Origin: Chloropicon primus
Taxonomy: Eukaryota
Assembly (NCBI GenBank): GCA_023205875.1
Contig: CP060757.1
Location: 124,001-188,000 of the forward strand
Length of the DNA: 64,000 nt
Direction: 5' to 3'
Shown here: positions 23,927-35,880 of the stretch, piece by piece
How the letters are laid out: each line of letters opens with the position of its first letter
Position numbering within the stretch: position 1 is the stretch's first letter
Notes under the pieces: generated by a model
Told to the model about the DNA's origin: nothing
The model's database searches: none
What the model saw: only the letters and a program-made list of their open reading frames with translations
Program-made: the position numbers and the translations under genes

Positions 23927-26299
23927 ATGGCGGGAGCTTTGAGGGAGTTCGTCCTGGGAGGAGGGAACGTTTGCGATGCCGGAGCAGGAGCGTCGTCATC
24001 TACGGGAAGGTTTGCGTCGCAGTTCCTCGCAGGAAAAGGGTACGAGTCAGCGGCTCAAGGACAGCAGCAAGGAGGCGTCGGCTCCGCTCCGCTTCCTTTT
24101 GCCATGGGACACCAGCCGTTCAACCCCATGAACGAGGCTGAACGCATAGGAAACGCTCCATCCATGGCACCGGGCGGCATGCAGCTTCAAGCGAGGTGAG
24201 TCGAGTCTCTTTTCTTTCCTCTTTCCTCCCTCATCCTGTTCCTTCCAAACTCGAACGGATGCCTGACATGTCATGGTCTTTGCTGCTGCTTTGCTTGCTT
24301 TTGCCGCTGGTGCAGAAGGACGATGGAAGAGGCTTGGGGAGGAGCAGCTATGGTTGGAAGAGGTCCGGGTGCTAGCTGGCACGAGGAGTTCAGCATGCAC
24401 GGCGGGCCAGCGGCAGTTGGGGCGAAACCGGTGCAACCCAAGTCAGCAGACGCGGCGCCTATGCCGATACACGCGGAGCCCTTTCGTTGCCTGAACGGCC
24501 CCCTCCGGGGCTTTTTCAGGGGAGAGTTCGCGGATGCTTTCACGGCGGCCAACGACAGTCACATCGCCATGGCAGTCCAGGGCGTTGCGCAGCTTGTGGG
24601 GGCTCAAGGGCTGGGGAAGCTGAGGAGGAGGGCTGATATTCTTGGGAGGCAGGTTTTCGCGGAGCGTGAGAGCGTCGAGCCCAGCCACAGGATGTTTTTG
24701 GACGAAAGGAGCTTCGTGGACAGGCAAGTGAACGAGCTCATGAGCTCTTTGAGAATGAAAGACGCTGTCTTGGGGCAGGCCCCTGCGCACCATGCGGTTC
24801 ACTACAGCCAGATATCCCAAGACTTTGGGAGGAGGGCCCAAGAGATGCACATGAGGATGGCGGGGAGCATGGGTGGCCCACCAATGGCAGGGCAGTACAG
24901 CAACCAGCAGCAGCATCCTTGCCAAACTCCGCCAGTCGAAGACCTGGCCAAGGAGTTCAGTGAAAAGCAGAAGATTGTCGAGGAGCAAAACGCGGCGCAA
25001 GCGCAGCCATCGACAACTTCAGATGCGGAGCAGGATCTCCTGGATCATACTAGGGCTCTTGAGGAAACCATGGTATCAAGCTCCGAACCAAAGTTCAGGG
25101 AGTCCAAGTTCCTTAATTTTGTGTCCAAGATGAACACGGGGGAGCTGAAGATCGTGGACGAGCACCTCGTGGAAGGCCAAAAGGAGAGGCTCTCGCAATC
25201 GGAGCGCATGGGACCCGTCGGCGTCGATAACACGAGAATCTTGGAGGAAGAGATGAAAGCGAGACTGGATGGCGAGAGCGTGGGTGGAGCATGGGCAAGC
25301 GCTTTTGAGAACTTCAACAGGCCAGACGTTTCTTGGGCGGAGGACTTTGCCAGGGAGGGGCCAAGCACCATCCCTGACGAGTGGGCCAACGAGTTTTCAA
25401 ACCACTATGCCACGACTGTTCCAGACGCCTCAATGAGTGAGCAGAGGAACTACGAAGTCTCGAACACAAATCCTTTTGAGTCGACCGACAACCCCTTTGA
25501 GCTTGGTCAAGAGCTCTACAAGAACGGGCTCCTGTCTGAGGCTGCTCTGGCATTTGAAGCTGCGATTGGGAAGGAGATGCATGTTGCGGAGTCCTGGCGC
25601 ATGCTGGGCATGGTCCACGCCGAGAACGACGATGACAAGCAAGCGATTGCGGCCATGGTGAATGCTCACAACGCTGACCCAACGAATTTGGATGTCCTCC
25701 TTGATCTGGGGGTGAGTCACACGAATGAGCTGGAGGCCCACGAAGCGATCAATTACTTGAGGCAGTGGGTGAGCCAGCACCCAGAGTACAAGAATGCCGT
25801 GGCCCTGAATTCCTTCGAGGTGAACGTTGACGAGACGATTAAGCTTTTCGACTCCATCGGGCACTCGAACCCAGGCGACGTCAACATTTTCACCGCACTT
25901 GGTGTCTTGTACAACCTTTCCAAGGACTATGGCAAGGCGGAGGAGGCTTTCAAGCACGCGTTGAGCTTGCAGAAGGACAACCACAGCCTTTGGAACAAGC
26001 TGGGGGCGACGCAAGCGAATAGCTCGAACAGCAAGGAGGCCGTGAAGGCTTATAGGGAAGCGATAGGCCTCAAGTCCAACTACACGAGGTGCTGGTCGAA
26101 TATGGGGATTGGCTACTCGAACCAGGGCTTGTACGAGGAATCGATCCCATATTATATCAGGGCATTGACAATGAACCCGGACGCGGAGCCTCTTTGGGGG
26201 TACTTGAAGATTGCCATGGCATGCACGGGGGCCCTCGAGTCCTTGCATCTCGTGAACGAGAGAAACATCGGAGCTCTGAGTAACTTATTCCCCATCTAG
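23927..26299 (+). CDS. PEX5: Peroxisomal targeting signal 1 receptor PEX5
   Basis: Exon 1 23927-24195 with conserved N-terminal Cys; exon 2 24316-26299. WxxxF repeats (WHEEF, WASAF, WAEDF, WANEF), SKFLNFVSKM, TPRs (SLWNKLGATQANS). Confidence 0.95.
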
Positions 26300-26627
26300 A
26301 ACAATAGCAAGGATCCGGCATGGAATCCCAAGCAAGCCCTTGGCCCTGATGTCCGCTCATCCACTAAAAACTTTTTGAGACAAAGCAAGCAACGAAACAC
26401 TGCATTCTCTCGTCACTTTGGTCGACCCTCCAACGCCCTTCCACCTTGCATTCTCCTAACTGCTCCGAGTTTTCAAATAATTTTCGTTTTCCTTTGGCAA
26501 GCCCACCCAAGCGTCCGCCCAAGACGAGAGAGACAAGGCAGAGGGCGAGGGTGACGAAGGCCCGAGCTTGTCCCGTGCTGCGGCTTGTCATCAAGCAACA
26601 AGGCCCGTTGCTTCTCTTGCTTCCATC

Positions 26628-28298
26628 ATGGTCGTCTTTCACAGCATTCACGACCCTTTCCACCGCGACCTGGTGAAGAAAGAGAAGGCAGCTGCGAAGC
26701 GTTCCAAGCTCCTGGCAGGAGGGATTAGCTCGAGTGGCAGGCTCCCTTCCTTGACGTCCAACGATGCGGCAGGGGGCAAGAAGAAGAAGAAGAAGAAGTC
26801 CAAGGGCAAGAAGGCGGTCACTTACACTCCGGAGGATAGGCTCGTGATGAAGACGCCGAGGATTCACCACAAGGGCCAAGGCCAAGGCAAGCAGAGGGTC
26901 AAGAAGAGGGCAGGGACCTCCGCTGCGGAGTCCTCCAGGGAGTTTGTGGAGATCATCGAGGTGCCAAGCGATGTACCGATCCGACTCGTGCCGCTGGGAA
27001 GCGCCACGCCCAAGAAGGTGAAGAAGGCGAAGAAAGGGAAGAAGAAGGCGAAGAGGAAGACAGCAACTCAGGTGCCTGGTGATGGTGCCAACAGGGCAAG
27101 AGCGGAGTGGGCGGCCTCCAAGGCGGGATCTTTGGAGGCTGATCGAGGCCACGGCGGTGCAGAGGTGGAGTCTTTGCTTCATCAGCTCAGCCTGGAGCGC
27201 AAGAAGTGCCATGTTCTCTCCCAGATCGTACAGGAGCAAGGGGCTTTCCTGGAGAACATCCAGAGACACAAGTCTTCGAGGTTGGAGGACCTTCACCTTG
27301 GCGAGACCGCAACGCCTTCCAGGTTTGAGGGGGACGAGGAGGAATTCAGCAGTGAGGCTGCGAAGGAGAACTACTGCGACAGCGAGAGCGCTTCTCCTCA
27401 CTTTGCTGCCAGGTCCAGCAGCAGGCTGAAGCACAGCTTGAATCCGGACATCACGGACGCCATAAACGTGCTTCACCTGATGGAGCAGGAGGGGGAAAGA
27501 ACAAGGGGGGAGCTCCACGAGCTCAGGAAGATCGCAAGGTCGTTCCACGATGAGATTGCCCGCTCCCAGGCTGCCGAGGCTGCCGCCCTGGAGGCACTCT
27601 CGGAGGCGGAAGCTCGAGCCGCCGCTGCAGAGGAGTTCACGAAGAAGAAGAAGACAATAAAGCTGGAGAGGGTAGTGAGCAAACTCGACGCTACCTTGAC
27701 TCCCAGCCAAAGCAACGAGATCTCGATCTTGTCTGGCCTGGCGAGCTCGGAGAGCGCGGCTAGCCCAGCCGTGACGGCAGATCACAAGCACGACTATCAG
27801 CAATCAGGGAATCGGTCGGTCACCTCTTCGGCGAGGAAGAAGGTGGACAAGCTGTACAAGAGATACCTGGACGAGAGCGAGAAAGTGACGCCAAGGAGGC
27901 CGCAGATGGCCCCACTGGCGAGTCCCCAAGTTCCGAGCAGGGTGAGCAGCGCGGGGTCCGCGAGCATGAAAAAGAGAAGACCTCGGAGATCGCCCCAAGT
28001 CGGGCAAGAACGGTCCAACCACCACCACAGTCCCCGAGTTCCTTTGCAGAGCAGCGGAGTGGACCGAAGTGTGGCACAACTGTCAGCGTTGTACGATCCT
28101 GAATCGTCGTCCCCGAGGCAGGCCCAGGGCCAAACCAGCAATGTTGGCAGCGCGATCAACACTTTAGAAGACACGCTGAACAACCAGCACAAGACGCTCG
28201 AGGAATCCAAGCGCTTGATCAGCGACTACCTCCTGATGAGCGATGAAAATCGAACGAACGGCTTTCACCACAGGCTGGAGCCCTTGGTCATGACCTAA
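26628..28298 (+). CDS. Uncharacterised basic / coiled-coil protein
   Basis: Long ORF (557 codons from ATG 26628) with host codon usage, K-rich tracts and coiled-coil segments. Confidence 0.7.
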   Translation: MVVFHSIHDPFHRDLVKKEKAAAKRSKLLAGGISSSGRLPSLTSNDAAGGKKKKKKKSKGKKAVTYTPEDRLVMKTPRIHHKGQGQGKQRVKKRAGTSAAESSREFVEIIEVPSDVPIRLVPLGSATPKKVKKAKKGKKKAKRKTATQVPGDGANRARAEWAASKAGSLEADRGHGGAEVESLLHQLSLERKKCHVLSQIVQEQGAFLENIQRHKSSRLEDLHLGETATPSRFEGDEEEFSSEAAKENYCDSESASPHFAARSSSRLKHSLNPDITDAINVLHLMEQEGERTRGELHELRKIARSFHDEIARSQAAEAAALEALSEAEARAAAAEEFTKKKKTIKLERVVSKLDATLTPSQSNEISILSGLASSESAASPAVTADHKHDYQQSGNRSVTSSARKKVDKLYKRYLDESEKVTPRRPQMAPLASPQVPSRVSSAGSASMKKRRPRRSPQVGQERSNHHHSPRVPLQSSGVDRSVAQLSALYDPESSSPRQAQGQTSNVGSAINTLEDTLNNQHKTLEESKRLISDYLLMSDENRTNGFHHRLEPLVMT

Positions 28299-28711
28299 GC
28301 TGTTTCTTGCTTGTAGAATAATCGCACCTGTTTACATAGCATGCAGCACGTTTTGTCGCTGACACCCTCCTCACACACTTGCCCCTGTTCCTCTTTGCTG
28401 TTTTTGGATCAAACTCTCTTTCCATTCCCTTCCTTTGCCCAAGACCAAGAAAGCAAACAGGAATCCATAGCAACTTTCACGCAGCAGCTTGCTGTCGATG
28501 GAGGGGAACAGAATCGAGACTGATTGACTGATTGAGGTGTTCCTCTGCTCTTCACGTTCCCGGCCATTGCCCACTGCACTGTCATCGTCATCGCCTCTCC
28601 CCTGCAGACCTGCAGAGAGGAAGGAGCAGCAATTGATCAGGGAGGAATGGCCTCTGGCGAGGGAAACGGAGCGAAGCGGTGGGTTGCGGAGGGGTAGAGC
28701 GAAGGAAGGCA

Positions 28712-30379
28712 ATGGCGGAGGTGGAGGACGCGCCGCAAGGGAGTTCGAGGGACCTGGAGGAGGCCCAAGAGAGCGAGGCCAAAGCGAGGGAGGTCTGGCT
28801 TCAAGTGCAAAGGGAGAGTCGGAAGGATGGGACAGAGAGGAGCTTGGAACAACTCGATAAGCTTGTGATAGAAGCGAGCCGTGGTCTGGAGCACTTGGCG
28901 AGCATAAGCCACAGGATCGAAGCGCACACGGCGAAGGCGACCCGGCAGTCGTGGAAGCACTCGCTGAGGTACACGATCCAGGCCTCCATTTGGATCCAGT
29001 GCGAGCTCGGGCGAGTTGGGCTGCGATCTGGAAGCGAGTCCTTCGCCGAGCTCTTTGACGCCTGCTTCGCTAGAAATGCCGAGTCCATGGACAGGGAGGT
29101 CTTGGACACGACGAACTTCGAGACGATTCTGGAGCACGTGGATACCTGTGGACTTCCGGTGGATTTATTCGTTCCCCTTGTCGAAGACGCTGAGCAGCAC
29201 CTCGACAGGGGTCTCCAAGACAAGCTCCTGGGCACGCTGGCCACAAACCTCAAGCTTGTGCTGATCTTGGTCCCCATTGTCAGGCTGAGGGATGATGGGG
29301 AGGGCAACCCGGCCCCGGCCCTGGGCAGCAAGCACGACATCAGAAGCCTGTTTCTGTACGCTTTGCAGTTTTGCGTCAACGACTCGTGGCACTGGAAGCC
29401 GTCTTGGACAAACCCAGAGCTGTCGGAGATGGCTGCAAGCATCATCGAGAAGCTGGTCTGCAGCAGGCAGACTGGGGAGGCAAATTCGCTGGCGCCGATG
29501 GACGTGCTGGCGGCAGCGCTCATTCGGACTTATCCCAGGTTGCACCTGCTCGTTGTGGACAGGTACACGAGCATCATGAGAAGGCTGGAATCGCAGGCTA
29601 CGATGTACGCAGAGGTGGAGGACAACGAGAGCGCGTTTCAGATGACGACGCTGCTGCACATCTTGTACTGGTTGATGCAAGGGATGACCTACAGGTCTTT
29701 TGTGGACAACGACTACTCGCTGTCGGAGGATCTCTTTCCTGTCATTCTGCACGCCTGCAACAGTTCAACACAAACCATGCAGTACTATGGGCTGCACTGC
29801 CTGACCCTGCTGATAAGAAGCGCTCCGGCTACGGTGATAAAGTGGCACAAGGACGCGCTTTACGGCTGCTTGGGAAAGTACATGCAGCACTCGGATACAA
29901 CCATTTGGAGTGTGGGAATCTCCGCTGCGCTGGAGGCATCGATTGCCATAGAGGGGAAGAACAAAGACTCTGACAGGCTCCTTGACTTGATGGAGAGCTT
30001 GGTCGAGCAAGGCGAGGTCATGGCAGGCCCCAAGAGGTTCACCTTGTGGCTTCACCTCATGGCGAGGCTGGTCCCGTGCCTGGGCGCGAGGTCGTGCTGC
30101 TTTTTGGGTCGGATCATCGCAATCTTGGACCGCTGGCTGGTGCTCTCAGGGTCGGGAGCGGACTGCACTGGCGGGAAAGACTTTCTCCTGGACCTGATCG
30201 AGGCGTGCTGGCCCGGCGTACACATGCATCGCGCTGAGATCGAGGGTATTGTTGATCGGCTGGCGGAGAGGCTCTCCCAGGCGGATGTTTTGGCCATGAG
30301 GAGGAAGTTTCGGGAAGGGGTAGACGCCTCCAGAGAGGCCCTCCAGGGTCTTGTTGGATCCAACAATAACGCCGTGTAG
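28712..30379 (+). CDS. TTI2-like (TELO2-interacting) HEAT/ARM protein
   Basis: Helical-repeat protein; the C-terminal LVPCLGARSCCFLGRII..LIEACWPGVHMH segment resembles the Tti2 family. Confidence 0.6.
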   Translation: MAEVEDAPQGSSRDLEEAQESEAKAREVWLQVQRESRKDGTERSLEQLDKLVIEASRGLEHLASISHRIEAHTAKATRQSWKHSLRYTIQASIWIQCELGRVGLRSGSESFAELFDACFARNAESMDREVLDTTNFETILEHVDTCGLPVDLFVPLVEDAEQHLDRGLQDKLLGTLATNLKLVLILVPIVRLRDDGEGNPAPALGSKHDIRSLFLYALQFCVNDSWHWKPSWTNPELSEMAASIIEKLVCSRQTGEANSLAPMDVLAAALIRTYPRLHLLVVDRYTSIMRRLESQATMYAEVEDNESAFQMTTLLHILYWLMQGMTYRSFVDNDYSLSEDLFPVILHACNSSTQTMQYYGLHCLTLLIRSAPATVIKWHKDALYGCLGKYMQHSDTTIWSVGISAALEASIAIEGKNKDSDRLLDLMESLVEQGEVMAGPKRFTLWLHLMARLVPCLGARSCCFLGRIIAILDRWLVLSGSGADCTGGKDFLLDLIEACWPGVHMHRAEIEGIVDRLAERLSQADVLAMRRKFREGVDASREALQGLVGSNNNAV

Positions 30380-30436
30380 TAGTTTACAGTGTCTGTGTGT
30401 ATGTGTCGTAACAGTAGTAGTAAAATAGATAGTGGT

Positions 30437-32005
30437 TCACAACAGACTGGCGAGAAGTCCTTTCAATTTTGTGGTCCAGTCCTCGCCCTTCTTGAAGTGG
30501 TGAACTCCGTCGTGTTCGGACAAGGTCGTGGGGGCGGAAGCCCTCTGGCGTAGGTTCAGAATATCGGCCACTGCTGGATGCTTCTTGTCCGCCTCGCTGA
30601 TCCACGAGGACATTGGAACATTCCCGCCGAGAGATTGAGAGACGGCTTCACTGAACTTTGCTGGGTGCGCACAAGCCATGACGATCTTCACAACGTTCGA
30701 TGTGGGAATCTCGCAGTCGGCGAATGCGGCTGCAACGGCGACCGCGGTGTGAGGATCGATGACGTAAGCATTCTCATCGTAGACCTTTGCGATCGTTTCC
30801 GATATACCTTTGTCTGACGTCGAGCACGATCGCAGTCTCAATTCCTCGGCGAGGGACACCCGCTCCCGCTCGGTCAGATCGACCTTTTGGCCCCCCTCCC
30901 CCTTCCACCTCTTCATCCACTGCTTGACTTTGGCCCTGTTCTGCTTGGACAGCAAGAACAGAATCCTTTCGACGTTGTAGGGGACACTGATGTCCATCGA
31001 GGGAGCGAGCGTTGCAACAACTTCCCGGCGCGATTCCAGCTCCCCCGTGGAAATGAGGGTGTGCAGCACGTCGTTCTCGTTGACGCACGCCACAACGGAG
31101 TGAACTGGCAGGCCCATCTGAGCTGCGAGAATTCCAGCGCTGCAGTGGCCTCCCCCCCCGGTGGGCACGTAAAAGCACGCCGACTCCTCCTCCCGGGGGC
31201 TCACCACTTGGAGATAGGAATAAAAGTAGTGGACGGTCTGCATGAGCACGCGGAACACGTTCACACTGTTCACCGAAGTCAGCGAAAATCGCGATTTGAA
31301 TTCCAGGTCACTGAACACGGCTTCCATGGGAACGTCCAAGTCGTCGGAATTCCCCTCGACGCAGATGACGGCGACGTTCTCGGCCTTGGCGTGCACCACC
31401 GTCTCGTACTCTTGCTCGAGCGTGATGGACGAGAACTCCGGGCTCGGGTAGAGCACCGTGACGGACAGGCGCTCCTTCCCGATGACGCCCTCGATAGCAG
31501 ACGCCCCGGTGTCCCCGGAGGTCCCGACCAGAAGGTTCAACCGGCCGTTCCTCTTTTCCAGCAGCTTCTCCATGTACCCGCACAGGACCCGCATCGAGAG
31601 GTCCTTGAAGGCCAGCGTGGGCCCGTGCCAGAGCTCCGCGACGTGCAAGGAGGGCGAGGAGGACGAAGAAGGGGAGGAGGAGGAGTCCTTGACGGCCTTG
31701 ATCCGCACCACCTCGTCGATGTCAAAGGCCCCGTCGTCGAAGGCTCCGTCCAAGATATCCCCGAGCTCCCCGCGGCTTATCACGGAGGCGTCCGTGAACA
31801 TGGCGAGGATCTTGTGGCAGACTTCCTTGTAGGAGCAACCTCTCCAGGCCTCGATCTCGGCCCTCGTCAAGGACGGAAGATCCGAGGGCATGAGCATCCC
31901 CCCGTCGTCCGCCCACCCCTTGAGCACCGCCTCCTCCAGCGTGTGCAGCGCGGGAGGCTCCGCGTCATCCCTCGTGCTCACGAAACGATCACTGCTGCTT
32001 GTCAT
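30437..32005 (-). CDS. Threonine synthase-like PLP enzyme (class II / THNSL2-like)
   Basis: FVSTR, GWADDGGMLMP, ELWHGPTLAFKD (PLP lysine), GTSGDTGASA, SVNSVN, TLAPSMDI, IDPHTAVA, AHPAKF. Confidence 0.92.
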   Translation of the reverse strand: MTSSSDRFVSTRDDAEPPALHTLEEAVLKGWADDGGMLMPSDLPSLTRAEIEAWRGCSYKEVCHKILAMFTDASVISRGELGDILDGAFDDGAFDIDEVVRIKAVKDSSSSPSSSSSPSLHVAELWHGPTLAFKDLSMRVLCGYMEKLLEKRNGRLNLLVGTSGDTGASAIEGVIGKERLSVTVLYPSPEFSSITLEQEYETVVHAKAENVAVICVEGNSDDLDVPMEAVFSDLEFKSRFSLTSVNSVNVFRVLMQTVHYFYSYLQVVSPREEESACFYVPTGGGGHCSAGILAAQMGLPVHSVVACVNENDVLHTLISTGELESRREVVATLAPSMDISVPYNVERILFLLSKQNRAKVKQWMKRWKGEGGQKVDLTERERVSLAEELRLRSCSTSDKGISETIAKVYDENAYVIDPHTAVAVAAAFADCEIPTSNVVKIVMACAHPAKFSEAVSQSLGGNVPMSSWISEADKKHPAVADILNLRQRASAPTTLSEHDGVHHFKKGEDWTTKLKGLLASLL

Positions 32006-32185
32006 TACTGTACGGAGACAGACGATCGATCGAGAGACAACCCTGCCGCACACACTGCCTTCCCGATCGATCGATCGATCGAACGCGCGCGTCTCCTGTC
32101 TCTCTCTCTCTCTCTCTCTTCTTCACTCGTCCATCCACGGCGAGTGGATGGATATGGATATGGATGGTTCGTTCTCGTCCACCGC

Positions 32186-32222
32186 GAGAAGAAGAAGAAG
32201 AAGAAGAAGAAGAAGAAGAAGA
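32186..32222. repeat. (GAA)n microsatellite
   Basis: About 12 tandem GAA units in the head-to-head intergenic region. Confidence 0.9.
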
Positions 32223-32546
32223 GAGGCGAAGACCGCAAGAAAGCGAACCGAACCAAACCAACCCGATCGGTAGGTAGCGATCGATCGCGATCGCGATCGT
32301 GATCGACCTTGGCACGAACCACGATCGCGCTCTCTTGTGCTCTCGTCCACTGATCGATCGCAAAGATCAAAAAAAAGGAATCCAGGAAATTGAAGATCTC
32401 CTGTTGTAGATTTTCCAAATATCATTCGAAAGATACGGACGACGTGTCTTTCTGACGAGGAGAGAGAGAGAGAGAGATCCTCGCCTTGACTTGGGGACTT
32501 GGGGACGAGGGTTACGGGACCAAACGCTAACGACGGCCTCGACCAA

Positions 32547-32589
32547 GGGAAGCGTCTTGTCGCGATCTTTCCAAAGAGCTCTCGCTCGA
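32547..32589 (+). promoter_or_regulatory. Copy of dispersed promoter-proximal element core
   Basis: Reverse complement matches 23539-23581 at 36/43 without gaps; upstream of the HNH gene. Confidence 0.55.
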
Positions 32590-32801
32590 CCCTGGGTGCG
32601 CTCGGTTTCGTCGGCAAAGGCTTTGGGTTGGGAAAGGTCATCCATCAAGAAGCTTTGACTTGTTCTTTTTCTCTCCCCTCTCTCTCCTCTCTCTCTCTCC
32701 CTCTTCGGTGGTGGAGACACGGAGAGGGACGACGAGTTCCGCGAGAGGTAGCGTTGCCTCGCGAGCTTTCTATTGATCCCTCGATCGCTCGACTCCTTGC
32801 G

Positions 32802-33703
32802 ATGCGTGGTGGCATGCACAACGTTGGCTTGAGGAAGGCTGTGACGAGGGTGGCGACGAGGTCGTCCTCAAGCGTGAATGGGCCCAAACCCGCGAAGAGA
32901 GGGCCGCTTGGTGCGGAGCTGAGGAAGGACACCTCGAAGAGACTCGTGCTTCCCTCCCAGAGCTTGTCTACGCCAACCAACTCGTTCACGGAGACGCTCG
33001 GTGTTGACACGGACCTCGGAAAGGACTTGAGCTCCATACCGAACGCCCAGCTCGGTCAGGTCAGTCACTCGATCCTTCTTCTTCCTCTTCTTCTTCTTCT
33101 TCTTCCCGCACACGTGTGCTGACACGAACGCTTTCGCTTTCGAACACACCACAGTTTCGGGCTTTGGTCCTGGACGTCTCCTACAGGCCTCTCGACACCG
33201 TTCCTTGGACGAGGGCAGTCGTGCTGGACTGCTTTGACAAAGTGGACGTCCTCGAGTACTACGACTCGTTCGTCAGGAGCGCGCGGGACTACCACTACCT
33301 CCCCGCGGTGATTCGGGTGAAGTTCTACGTGAAGAAGCTCAAGGGCGCGTTCGACAAGGGCGTCCCCTTGACGAGGAAAAACGTGTACGCCAGGGACCGC
33401 CACAAGTGCCAGTACTGCGGCAGCACGAAGAACCTGACGCTTGACCACGTGATCCCCACGAGCAGGGGGGGAGGAACCGAGTGGGACAATCTGGTTACCG
33501 CCTGCAACAAGTGCAACCAAAAGAAGGGGAACAAGCTCCTGAAAGAGCTTGGAAGCGGCATGAAGCTGAATAACAAGCCAAAGATGCCGAACCACTTGGA
33601 GATGAGCTCGTACATGGTAGCCAGGCAGGGAGGAAACGCCCCAAAGGAGTGGCGCGACTACCTGCCGCCAGGAACGGCGGACTGGGTCTTCAACAACGAC
33701 TAG
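32802..33703 (+). CDS. HNH endonuclease family protein with organellar targeting peptide
   Basis: Exon 1 32802-33059, exon 2 33155-33703. LVLDVSYRP, LTRKNVYARDRHKCQYCG, LTLDHVIP..GG..WDNLVTACNKCNQKKG. Confidence 0.9.
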
Positions 33704-34025
33704 ACGAGCGAGCGAGCGAGCGAGGGAACCATCGGCGGCTTGGACTCGATGATGTTTTCTCCCTCGCGCTTTCATTCATCCATTCCATTCCTTATGAACA
33801 ACAAAGAAAAAAATTGTTATGTACATCAACTACACTTCCTTCCACCCGCGCCACTCCCCCTCCTCCTCCCCCTCCTCCTCCTCCCCCTCCTCCTCCCATC
33901 GCATCGCATCGAAACGCCCCTCAGCCGTTTCGAAATCTCGAGCCCTCTGTCGCTCGCTCCACTCTCTGCCTCTCTGCCTCTCTCTCTCTGTCTGCCGTCG
34001 TCGCGCGCGGGCGCGTGGTTCGAAG

Positions 34026-35756
34026 ATGGCGCCGGCGGGGAGCATGGACTTCAGGCGCTTCATGGAAGCCCTCTCTTTGGCGTGCGCCAAAGCGGAGCCG
34101 CCGATAGAGCCGTCGATCGACACCGCGGCGAAGCACTGGACGGCGAGGAAGGAACAAGCCCTGCTCGAACAAGGTGCAGTGCTCAAGGTTGTGAACGAGG
34201 AGGGAAGGGGCGACGCCAATGCCGAGGAGGGTGACCTCGTGAAGTTTCATTACGCTGTCGCCTTCGAGTCGAAGCCGAGCCAAGTCATCGCGTCAACACG
34301 AGAGGATGGAAAACCTGGCGTGTTCGTTCTCGGCAAGAAGGGATCCCTGGGAAGGTTGCCGAGAGGGATGGAGATAGCGTTGCAATCGATGAAGGAAGGA
34401 GAGAGGTCCTCGTTCACGATTAAGCCGTCGTTTGGTTTCGGACATCCGGACTGCTCGTGGACGCTCGAGGGATGCGGAACGGAAGCCACCCTGAACATGG
34501 ACCTCGAGCTCGTTTCTATCACCAAAGGGGTCTGCGTCCAGGTGGTGAAGGAGGACTCGGTGGTGAAGGAGACTCTCAAGGATGGCACCGGTTGGGAGAA
34601 TCCGAGGCCGCCGTACAAAGTCGTCGCGGAGATCAAGGTGGGAGACCGCAAGGAGGAGCCCAGGCCGCTTCACTTCACTTGCGGGTCGAGTGCGATCCCG
34701 GAGCTGTTGGAGGAGGCCATAGGCCAGATGTTCCAGGGCGAGGTTGCGAGGATCTACGCGAGGGAGTGCCTGGGAAGCTCGGATCTCGTGCCCGCCTCGA
34801 CTTGCCCTTCAGAGGGACCGGTGGCCTTGCACACGTACGAGGTGAGCTTGCTGGAAGTGATCCAAGTCAGGGACGTTGTCGGGACGCAGGAAGTGATGAA
34901 GTCTCGGGTCAAGAACGGGGAAGGGGAGTTTCCCATCGACTGCCCGATCGTGGACTGCGCCATGAAGATACGCTGCGTGGGAAAGCTCAAGGGGAGCGGG
35001 GAGGTGTTCTGGGACACGGACGAGGAGGGGGGCGGGGAGCCCTTCGGCCTCGAGACGGGGTTGAACGTGGTGCCGGATGGCCTCGAAATGTGTCTCAAGC
35101 TCATGGTCCCGGGGGAGACGTCGGTGATCCAGTGCGCCCCCAAGTACGCCTACGACGACCTTCGGAGCAGGCAAGACAGGGTTGCCGGAAGGGTGCCCGC
35201 GGGAAGCGAGGTGGAGTGGGAGGTCACTCTCCTCGAGTTTGAGAAGCCAAAGAAGCTGGCAGACCTGCCCCTGGAGGAGGCCACCGCGGAGGCAGAGCAA
35301 CGAAAGAGGAAAGCGAATGCCCTGTTCAATTCCGGGCGATTCAAGTACGCGCAGGCAAAGTACGAGGAACTTCTCAGGGATCTCAAGGCTCTGGTCGACA
35401 CGGGCGCCATGATGGAGGCCGGCGGCGAGAGCGAGGCGTTGGGCCGCCTGGCCGTCAGCTGCACCTTGAACCTGGCAGCCTGCGCGCAAAGGCAAGGGCA
35501 GCACGTCGAGGCGCTCAAGCACTGCAACAAGGTGCTCGAGATGGATCCGGAAAACCCCAAAGCGTTCTACAGGAGGGGGCAGACGCACGCGCACCTCTCA
35601 GAGTGGGACGCCGCCAGGCGCGACTACAAGAGCATGGCCTCGGCGAGCGAGGACCTCAAGTCCGAGGCGGACGCCCAGCTGGAGAGGATCGACAGGCTGG
35701 AGAGAGATGCCCTCCAGAAGCAGAAGAAGCAGTTCCAGGGGTTTTTCAACAGGTGA
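34026..35756 (+). CDS. PAS1: Multi-FKBP PPIase with TPR (PASTICCINO1/FKBP72-like)
   Basis: Three FKBP-like domains including GWENPRPPY and GEFPIDCP, then three TPRs (LNLAAC, NPKAFYRRG). Confidence 0.8.
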   Translation: MAPAGSMDFRRFMEALSLACAKAEPPIEPSIDTAAKHWTARKEQALLEQGAVLKVVNEEGRGDANAEEGDLVKFHYAVAFESKPSQVIASTREDGKPGVFVLGKKGSLGRLPRGMEIALQSMKEGERSSFTIKPSFGFGHPDCSWTLEGCGTEATLNMDLELVSITKGVCVQVVKEDSVVKETLKDGTGWENPRPPYKVVAEIKVGDRKEEPRPLHFTCGSSAIPELLEEAIGQMFQGEVARIYARECLGSSDLVPASTCPSEGPVALHTYEVSLLEVIQVRDVVGTQEVMKSRVKNGEGEFPIDCPIVDCAMKIRCVGKLKGSGEVFWDTDEEGGGEPFGLETGLNVVPDGLEMCLKLMVPGETSVIQCAPKYAYDDLRSRQDRVAGRVPAGSEVEWEVTLLEFEKPKKLADLPLEEATAEAEQRKRKANALFNSGRFKYAQAKYEELLRDLKALVDTGAMMEAGGESEALGRLAVSCTLNLAACAQRQGQHVEALKHCNKVLEMDPENPKAFYRRGQTHAHLSEWDAARRDYKSMASASEDLKSEADAQLERIDRLERDALQKQKKQFQGFFNR

Positions 35757-35880
35757 GAGAAGCAAAAAAGAAAGGGGGAAATACGATTGATTCGATCGAC
35801 CGACGCTGTAATACTATGATGATGGGTGGCTGGGTCTTCTTCTTGCCGCGATGTTCTCTCGCACGGCCGCGCCTCGCTGC

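Noticed and set aside
32802..33703. HNH gene as a homing endonuclease or mobile element
   Set aside because: It has an intron, a targeting peptide and host codon usage, and matches the conserved plant/algal organellar HNH family; no insertion hallmarks.
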